A stretch of DNA of 32,000 nucleotides. Source: Cylindrospermopsis raciborskii Cr2010 (GTDB taxonomy: Bacteria > Cyanobacteriota > Cyanobacteriia > Cyanobacteriales > Nostocaceae). Each line of letters starts with the position of its first letter. Within the stretch, counting starts at the first letter, position 1. Shown here piece by piece: positions 26,043 through 32,000 of the stretch. The position numbers were made by a program, and so were the translations under genes. The notes under the pieces are model-generated. The model searched no databases. It had not been told where the DNA came from and saw only the letters and a list, made by a program, of their open reading frames with translations. Where the stretch lies: NCBI RefSeq assembly GCF_003367075.2, contig NZ_CP065936.1, positions 810,001 to 842,000 of the forward strand, read 5' to 3'.

Positions 26043-26243
26043 CTAGGGAGTAGTAGTTGGGGTTGCTGTGGGTTCTGTAGTAGTAGCAGGGGTAGCAGTA
26101 CCACTATCAGTGGGCTCAGCGGGTGTAGTAGTAGCAGCAGGTGTGGTTGTAGCATCACCAGAGGGTTCAGTACCACCTTCACAAGCGCCCAGCATAGTAG
26201 CCAGACTTAAAACGATAGCCAAACCAAAGATTTTTGTTTTCAT
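26043..26243 (-). CDS. Small putative lipoprotein with a Thr/Pro/Ala-rich low-complexity tail
   Basis: Signal peptide plus lipobox-like 'ATMLGAC', then 'TTTPAATTTPAEPT...TATPTTTP'. Confidence 0.5.
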   Translation of the reverse strand: MKTKIFGLAIVLSLATMLGACEGGTEPSGDATTTPAATTTPAEPTDSGTATPATTTEPTATPTTTP

Positions 26244-26482
26244 AACTCCTCTTTCACCAATAAGTGCAATACAAGGGATTGCTCCTGTTGAATAAGATAT
26301 CTCATTTGTTGCTTTTTGTGAAACAATTTGTACAGAATAAATTTCTTTCCAGTTTTTTTTTGTTATGGTCGTAGCTCAAGGGAGATAGGACATTGCCAAT
26401 AGGTAATCCAGCAAGCATAATTGAACCATAATTTTTTTAGCATGCTACCTGTTCAGGACTAAATTTAGCATTCATCACCATT

Positions 26483-27058
26483 ATGTCAGCATTACCCAAA
26501 TCAGCTGTTTCCACAAAAAGCTCATGGTTTAGACCGGATTCCTCTCCTATTCCGTATGGGGAACGTTCTCCTGTGTCTTCCACCAAACCAGCACGCAGGA
26601 AAGACGAACCTAACTCTAAGTCTATGTTTCCTAATGCTCCAGTGCAAAAAGCCATATTGACTGGTCAAACTAGTAAACAGTTACCAATCTCTTCTAATAG
26701 TGAAAACTCGTGGATTATCCGCCTTAACAACATTCACCACTATTCCTCCATGACGGCATTTTTGTTTGTGGTGGTGATGTTGGCAATCTATGGTGGAACG
26801 GTGTATTGTCAACAAATTTGGAGTCATTCCTATCGCAAACTGGAAAGTTTACAACGCCAGGAACGACAGCTAACTGCAGCTAATGCTATCATTATTAGTA
26901 AAATGGCTCAGGAAGCAGAAGCAATGGGACTGGGACTATCTGCTCCAGGTAAGATGGTCTTTCTGCCCGCAGTATCAAATAATTCTCAACCACCATCGAG
27001 AGCTAAGATCCCCCCATCTCCAGGTAAACGCACCTCAATTCCACCGTTAGGATATTAA
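26483..27058 (+). CDS. Single-pass membrane protein upstream of ftsI (FtsL-like position and architecture)
   Basis: TM segment 'AFLFVVVMLAIYGGTVY' followed by the coiled-coil-like 'YRKLESLQRQERQLTAANA'. It sits directly upstream of the class B PBP. The assignment rests on position and architecture only. Confidence 0.45.
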   Translation: MSALPKSAVSTKSSWFRPDSSPIPYGERSPVSSTKPARRKDEPNSKSMFPNAPVQKAILTGQTSKQLPISSNSENSWIIRLNNIHHYSSMTAFLFVVVMLAIYGGTVYCQQIWSHSYRKLESLQRQERQLTAANAIIISKMAQEAEAMGLGLSAPGKMVFLPAVSNNSQPPSRAKIPPSPGKRTSIPPLGY

Positions 27059-27075
27059 GCTTATTGACCATTGCC

Positions 27076-28959
27076 ATGCAGAAGTTACCCAGCAAAAGCA
27101 AACCCACTAGGAGCAGATTCAGAAACTTACCCAATCTACGAGAAAATCTCCGACGGTATTTACAATTAACAGGGAGAAACAGATTTTCCCCACCATTCCC
27201 AGATAAAAATTCCCCTGGTACTCCAACTAGACTGGTCAATTTTCACTCCCGACTGTTGGTGGTTTGGGGAGTTCTATTTCTATCTGGGATGGGTCTAGTT
27301 GTAAATTTGTATCGTCTGCAAGTTGTGGATGGACCAAAACTTACCAAAAGGGCTAGAAACCAACAAGCAACAGTATTACTTCCTTTTATGCCCCGCCGTC
27401 CATTAGTGGATCGCAATAAAACTTTGTTGGCTATTGACCGTCCTGTTTATACACTCTATGTTCACCCTAAATTATTCAGTAAATCTAATCAGGCAATAGC
27501 GGAAAAAATAGCACCTTTTTTGAATAAAGATGTTACAAACCTAGTGAAGCTATTTAAAACTAGGAAAAGTGGTATTCTTTTAGCTGATAAGGTATCTGAA
27601 AATATTGCTGACCGATTAATATCATTTAGACTAGATGGTTTAGAATTTATTGAAAAATACTCTCGTTTCTACCCCGAAGAGGATTTAGTAGCAGATGTGG
27701 TGGGTTATGTAAATTTAGAAAGACATGGTCAAGCTGGGGTAGAATATAGTCAGGACAAACTGTTGGAGCGTTCCAGAGAAACCGTGCGTCTGACGCGAAC
27801 TGGTGCAGGAGATATTATGCCAGATTATGCGCCAGATGAGTTTTTATATTCCGATGATTTTAAATTGCAGTTAACCATAGATAGTCGCTTGCAAAGAGCT
27901 GTTCGTAGCGCCCTGAAACAACAGGTGGAAAAGTTTCAGGCTAAACGCGGTGCTGTAATTGTTATGGATGCTAAAGACGGTTCCCTATTGTCTTTAGTGT
28001 CCCAACCCAGTTATAACCCTAATGAGTATTCTAAAGCTAATATTGCGTCTTTTAAAAATTGGACCGTGACTGATCTTTACGAGCCCGGATCTACTTTTAA
28101 ACCCTTAATTGTAGCCGCTGCTTTAGAAAGTGGTGTCATCACTCCCGATGATAGATTTAATGATCCAGGTACTATCAAGGTTAGCGACCATGTCATCAAG
28201 AATGCAGTTATCAATAGTTTTAGACAAATTAACATTGCTGAAATTTTACAGACATCCAGCAATGTGGGTATGGTACAAATTGTCCAACGTCTCGAACCAA
28301 AAATCTACTACAGTTGGTTACAAAAACTAGGTATTGGTCAAAAAATGCATACAGATTTACCATTTAGCACCCGTGGTAGTCTGAAAAATCAAGATCGATT
28401 CTTATCATCTCCCCTAGAAATGGCAACCGCTTCTTTTGGACAGGGTTTCTCCCTCACACCCTTACAATTAGTACAGATGCACGGTGCCTTGGCTAATGGT
28501 GGTAAACTGGTCACACCTCATGTGGTTCAGGGATTAATAGATAGTGAGGGAAAAGTACATTTTTCTCCCGAAATACCAGTCCCTCGACAGATTTTTTCCC
28601 CTAGTACTACCCAAACAGTTGTAAACATGATGGAAACCGTGGTTACTCAGGGTAGTGGAAAGGCGTCACGCATTCAAGGCTATGCTGTAGCTGGTAAAAC
28701 TGGTACAGCCCAAAAAGCTAGTCCCAATGGCGGATATATTCCCGGTGCCCGAATTACCAGCTTTGTGGGTATTTTCCCTGTTGAGGCTCCCCGTTATGTC
28801 ATTTTGGCGGTTGTTGATGAACCAAAGGGAGGGCATGCCTATGGTGGCACTGTTGCTGCCCCTATAGTCAAGTCTGTCTTAGACGTACTTATACCAATAG
28901 AAGAAATACCACCAATAGACGGTGGAGAAAGCGGGCGGCGGGAATCGAACCCGCATTAA
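27076..28959 (+). CDS. ftsI: Class B penicillin-binding protein (FtsI/PBP2-type transpeptidase)
   Basis: 'STFKP' (SxxK), 'SSN' and 'KTGTA' motifs, plus an N-terminal TM segment. Start at ATG 27076; the ORF opens at TTG 27064. The last 30 nt overlap tRNA-Gly on the opposite strand. Confidence 0.85.
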   Translation: MQKLPSKSKPTRSRFRNLPNLRENLRRYLQLTGRNRFSPPFPDKNSPGTPTRLVNFHSRLLVVWGVLFLSGMGLVVNLYRLQVVDGPKLTKRARNQQATVLLPFMPRRPLVDRNKTLLAIDRPVYTLYVHPKLFSKSNQAIAEKIAPFLNKDVTNLVKLFKTRKSGILLADKVSENIADRLISFRLDGLEFIEKYSRFYPEEDLVADVVGYVNLERHGQAGVEYSQDKLLERSRETVRLTRTGAGDIMPDYAPDEFLYSDDFKLQLTIDSRLQRAVRSALKQQVEKFQAKRGAVIVMDAKDGSLLSLVSQPSYNPNEYSKANIASFKNWTVTDLYEPGSTFKPLIVAAALESGVITPDDRFNDPGTIKVSDHVIKNAVINSFRQINIAEILQTSSNVGMVQIVQRLEPKIYYSWLQKLGIGQKMHTDLPFSTRGSLKNQDRFLSSPLEMATASFGQGFSLTPLQLVQMHGALANGGKLVTPHVVQGLIDSEGKVHFSPEIPVPRQIFSPSTTQTVVNMMETVVTQGSGKASRIQGYAVAGKTGTAQKASPNGGYIPGARITSFVGIFPVEAPRYVILAVVDEPKGGHAYGGTVAAPIVKSVLDVLIPIEEIPPIDGGESGRRESNPH

Positions 28960-29000
28960 TAGCTTGGAAGGCTATAGTTTTACCACTAAACTACGCCCGC
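28930..29000 (-). tRNA. tRNA-Gly: tRNA-Gly (anticodon UCC), 71 nt, CCA not encoded
   Basis: Manual cloverleaf on the reverse complement: acceptor GCGGGCG/CGCCCGC, D-stem GTTT/AAAC, anticodon stem ATAGC/GCTAT with loop CTTCCAA, T-arm GCGGG-TTCGATT-CCCGC, discriminator T. Confidence 0.9.
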
Positions 29001-29069
29001 AGGTTGGTTTGGAGTTTGTTTTTTCCAACTTTGGCAATAGTAACAGAGTCTGTGGGAAATTGCAAGTCC

Positions 29070-30092
29070 CTAGGGAGAATTTTTTGGAGAACTTGTTGGA
29101 GAATCCCTGGGAACGATGGTTACTCTCAGATATAAGTTACTCTTTTCTGGTTGGGAACCATTCTTGTCATAACCACCTACAAATTTCTCCTGCTGAAAAA
29201 GCTCCCGGAGTGGTGGCTCATAAACACTTTGATCTTTTTCAGATATGTTGGGGTCAATAATAAAAACTTGCTCTAACTTGCCGTGCTGATTAACTATTAG
29301 GCTAACCAGTATCGTTATCCGTTTTGATGGTTGTGTTTGAGCAGAAGAAAAAGTAATTGTTAGCTCCTTCGTACTACTACCTTGGTACTTGGGTAACACA
29401 TCGGGGGGAATATCCCCTGCTATCAAATCTTGTTTTCTTAGCTCCTGTATCTCATCTCTGTTGAGGGGTTCAATAGTGAGAGTAAATAATTGAGGAAATA
29501 ATTGAGGTTGGGAATTTTCCCCCACTGGAGTGGTTTCCGGGGTAGGATTTTCACTCAGTGATGGGGAAGAGATGGGTTTGGGCAACTTATCGGGTGCAAT
29601 TTCCGGTAAGGGGTTTGATTTCTCCGATTCCACTTTAACTTCCTCTCGAGGAGAGTTCCAAGGAAGATCATTTGGTGGAGGACTTGATTTAGGTGGAAGT
29701 AGAAATTTTCCAGGTGTAGGTTTAGGTATTAATGGAGTATTGGGCTGATTTTGCCTGGGGGGGGTAACTGGGAATCTATTTAAATTGGAGTTAATAGGTT
29801 TAGCAACAACAACCTGTTCAGCCACTTTCTTAGTAGTGTTATAATTAGCTTGCTTTGGGGTAGATGGAGAAGGATTTGGTTTGGCTAGAGCAGGTTTAGA
29901 CTTAGGAACTTGTTTTTGCGGCTCTACTGAAGCGGGAATATCCACCAGTTCCACCACCACATTGTCTTGACCAGACTGGGAGGGAGGAACCCAAAAACCG
30001 AATAGTTTGGAAGAGCTTAACCACCAAAAGAGTAAGACATGTAGAGAAATAGAACCCAAAAATGCTAGTGTCCACAAACCAGGGGAATCCAT
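29070..30092 (-). CDS. Proline-rich membrane-anchored protein (TonB-like architecture)
   Basis: N-terminal TM segment 'LWTLAFLGSISLHVLLFWWL', a long P/K/S-rich linker and a C-terminal globular region. I chose the start at ATG 30092; the ORF opens at TTG 30143. Confidence 0.45.
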   Translation of the reverse strand: MDSPGLWTLAFLGSISLHVLLFWWLSSSKLFGFWVPPSQSGQDNVVVELVDIPASVEPQKQVPKSKPALAKPNPSPSTPKQANYNTTKKVAEQVVVAKPINSNLNRFPVTPPRQNQPNTPLIPKPTPGKFLLPPKSSPPPNDLPWNSPREEVKVESEKSNPLPEIAPDKLPKPISSPSLSENPTPETTPVGENSQPQLFPQLFTLTIEPLNRDEIQELRKQDLIAGDIPPDVLPKYQGSSTKELTITFSSAQTQPSKRITILVSLIVNQHGKLEQVFIIDPNISEKDQSVYEPPLRELFQQEKFVGGYDKNGSQPEKSNLYLRVTIVPRDSPTSSPKNSP

Positions 30093-30324
30093 CACCCTTT
30101 GGCTTTTAGGTGAGAGATTCTTAACTGTTAGGGAGTCCAACAACTTTACCTCCTAATTGATAACTGTAGTTGTGCTTTTTTCATTTTCCGCTACGGGGGT
30201 GTCTGTTTTTACAGGTATCTCTCGATTTTTCGCCATCTCTCCATTTTTCAGTTACACTATTTACCTATCGCTCTTCATTTTAGTCTAAACTTCAGTAACT
30301 AGGGTGTAGGGTAGAGTTAATTTT

Positions 30325-32000
30325 ATGAATCAAGGGCGCACTTACGATTATATTGACTTAATTGAGTTGCTGATAGGAACCATTTTTGAGAGCAAGGGGG
30401 ATAGCCAAGTAATTTACCCCCTGTTGGAAAACAATCTCCATCTTTTAGATGCAACCTTTATTGACCAACTACAATCCTGGGGCGGTCATCAGGTAAATAA
30501 ACAAGCAACTCCCGAGCAAAATGCTCAACTGGGAGCATCACTATACCTCCTGGCTCGGATTTTTTATCATTTTCCCGGAGGGGATCCGCTAATTAACCTC
30601 GCTATAGCCATCTGTGGATACGAATTTTGCGCCGCCATAGAACGCCAACTGGGACTCGAAAAAGAATTGGCTCAAGTTCTCAATCATCTAGGTGCTGCTT
30701 ACCAAACCCAGGCCCAAATGGGTACGGACTCCCACTCTAACCTAGAAAAAGCGATCGCAGCTTATAATGAGGCTATTACCATCCGTCGTCAACCCGGGTT
30801 AGAAAGGGAATTGGCTCAAGTTCTGAATAATTTAGGTGCGGCTTATCAAATCCAAGCTCAAATGAGTAAGGAAGCTAATCTGGAAAGAGCAGTGACTGCT
30901 TATGCAGAAGCCATTTCAATTTTACGGGAATTGGATTTAGAAAGGGATTTAGCTCAAACTCTTTACAATTTAGGGAGCGCCTACCAAACCCAAGCTCAAT
31001 TAGGTAAGGACTCGCAAGCGAATCTACAAAAGGCAATTCCACCCTATACAGAAGCGATCTCCATTCTACGGGAACTAGGTTTAGAAAGGGACTTGGCTAA
31101 AACCTTAACCAGTGTGGGTAGTGTTTATATTAGCCAGGGTAAACTAGAAAGAGCAATTACTCCTTTTAGAGAAGCTATTACCATGTTCCGCCAATTGGGA
31201 CTGGAAAGAGACTTGGCCGAAACTCTCAATCAACTGGGAATTGCCTACCTAAACGAAGTAGAACGGGGTAAGGATCCAGATGCTAATCTACAAAGAGCAA
31301 TTATTGTCTTTACTAAAGCTTTAACTATTCTCCGTCAACCAGGATTAGAACCAGATCTGGCTCAAACCCTTCACAATCTAGGAAAAGCTTACCAAACTCA
31401 AGCTGAACTGGGAACCGAGTCCCAGTCTAACTTAGAAATGGCGATCGCCCATTATCGAGAAGCTCTGGCAATTGCTACCCCGGAGCTTTCTCCAGCAGAC
31501 TATTTAAAATTTGCCAGTCATTTAGGAGATCTGGGGTTTGAGCAGGGTTGGTGGGATATCGCTCTAGAGGGTTATGAACAGGGAATCAAAGCACTAGAGA
31601 CAATCCAATTTTGGCGGGATAAATCTCCTGGGGAGATCCAACACTCCCATATTTACCAGTCAGCAGTGCGTGCTTGTATTGAGTTGCATCAATATGGAAA
31701 AGCAGTTGAATTAGTAGAGCGCAGTAAATCACGAAATTTAGTGGAGCTACTAGAGAATAAACATCTATATCCAAAAGGAAATATTCCCTCTCGTATTTAT
31801 GGGGAATTAGATCGTCTTCGTCAAGCAATTCGCAATGAAGTAAGACTACTGGAAATCCAAGGAGAAAAAAGAAGCCATGGTCAACTCAATACGCTCATAG
31901 AAGAATTAGATCAATTTATTACTAGCCAGGTCAAACCCCTTGATCCCCATTTCTCCCTTACCCAGAGGGTGGAACCAATAACCATATCTAAAATACTCAA
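30325..32000 (+). CDS. TPR-repeat protein, probably a TPR plus CHAT domain protein; 3' end lies outside the window
   Basis: Open frame from ATG 30325 to the window edge; it is missing from the ORF track because it has no stop in the window. It has about 34-40-aa repeats ('LERELAQVLNNLGAAYQ.QAQ....NLE.AI.AY.EAI.I.R') and then 'AVELVERSKSRNLVELLE', the linker typically seen before CHAT domains. Confidence 0.75.
   Translation, partial: MNQGRTYDYIDLIELLIGTIFESKGDSQVIYPLLENNLHLLDATFIDQLQSWGGHQVNKQATPEQNAQLGASLYLLARIFYHFPGGDPLINLAIAICGYEFCAAIERQLGLEKELAQVLNHLGAAYQTQAQMGTDSHSNLEKAIAAYNEAITIRRQPGLERELAQVLNNLGAAYQIQAQMSKEANLERAVTAYAEAISILRELDLERDLAQTLYNLGSAYQTQAQLGKDSQANLQKAIPPYTEAISILRELGLERDLAKTLTSVGSVYISQGKLERAITPFREAITMFRQLGLERDLAETLNQLGIAYLNEVERGKDPDANLQRAIIVFTKALTILRQPGLEPDLAQTLHNLGKAYQTQAELGTESQSNLEMAIAHYREALAIATPELSPADYLKFASHLGDLGFEQGWWDIALEGYEQGIKALETIQFWRDKSPGEIQHSHIYQSAVRACIELHQYGKAVELVERSKSRNLVELLENKHLYPKGNIPSRIYGELDRLRQAIRNEVRLLEIQGEKRSHGQLNTLIEELDQFITSQVKPLDPHFSLTQRVEPITISKIL

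Noticed and set aside
16680-31828. Other short ORFs overlapping confident genes or tRNAs (16680..16883, 16962..17204, 17168..17422, 21899..22183, 22915..23115, 23994..24284, 24645..24875, 24734..25003, 25638..25976, 26068..26295, 26437..26655, 27003..27239, 28077..28262, 28130..28330, 28922..29260, 29530..29748, 31586..31828)
   Set aside because: They are antisense or out-of-frame overlaps with dhaL/dhaK, the kinase, sfsA, glgB, the PBP, tRNA-Gly, the proline-rich protein or the TPR gene. Their composition is that of shadow ORFs.

Overview
This is a cyanobacterial chromosome segment. I count 24 copies of the HIP1 octamer GCGATCGC. DUF29, pentapeptide-repeat, WD40-kinase, TPR/CHAT and HetP-like genes suggest a filamentous, Nostocales-type genome; the species cannot be determined from this window. 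Most of the window is ordinary. It holds an alkaline phosphatase, a TetR regulator, an M16 peptidase pair, a GT2 glycosyltransferase, an NlpC/P60 hydrolase, tRNA-Val, dhaKL, tyrA, a Ser/Thr kinase with WD40 repeats, sfsA, glgB, an FtsL-like gene plus ftsI, tRNA-Gly, a proline-rich membrane protein and a partial TPR/CHAT gene. The standout is a same-strand cluster at about 8.07-12.46 kb. It has five small genes for peptides with double-glycine (GG) type leaders, three of them tandem near-identical paralogues with strong identical RBSs. These are followed closely by a protein-kinase-like/APH-fold phosphotransferase, a protein I recognise from memory only as HopA1-effector-like, and a small HetP-family-like protein. 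A kinase plus HopA1-like pair is the known two-component Ser/Thr dehydratase of class V lanthipeptides and thioamitides. Here the predicted cores have no Cys, and I recognise no cyclase, exporter or other tailoring enzyme. I therefore read the cluster as a candidate undescribed RiPP-like or peptide-signalling system. Just downstream is a graveyard of three partial copies of one gene, with HIP1 sites at or near the junctions. Other second-look items are an orphan intrinsic terminator with a duplicated arm upstream of the pentapeptide gene, an RGSGR motif in the NlpC/P60 protein, and a PBP C-terminus encoded antisense to tRNA-Gly. All family assignments come from motif recognition by eye; no searches were run.
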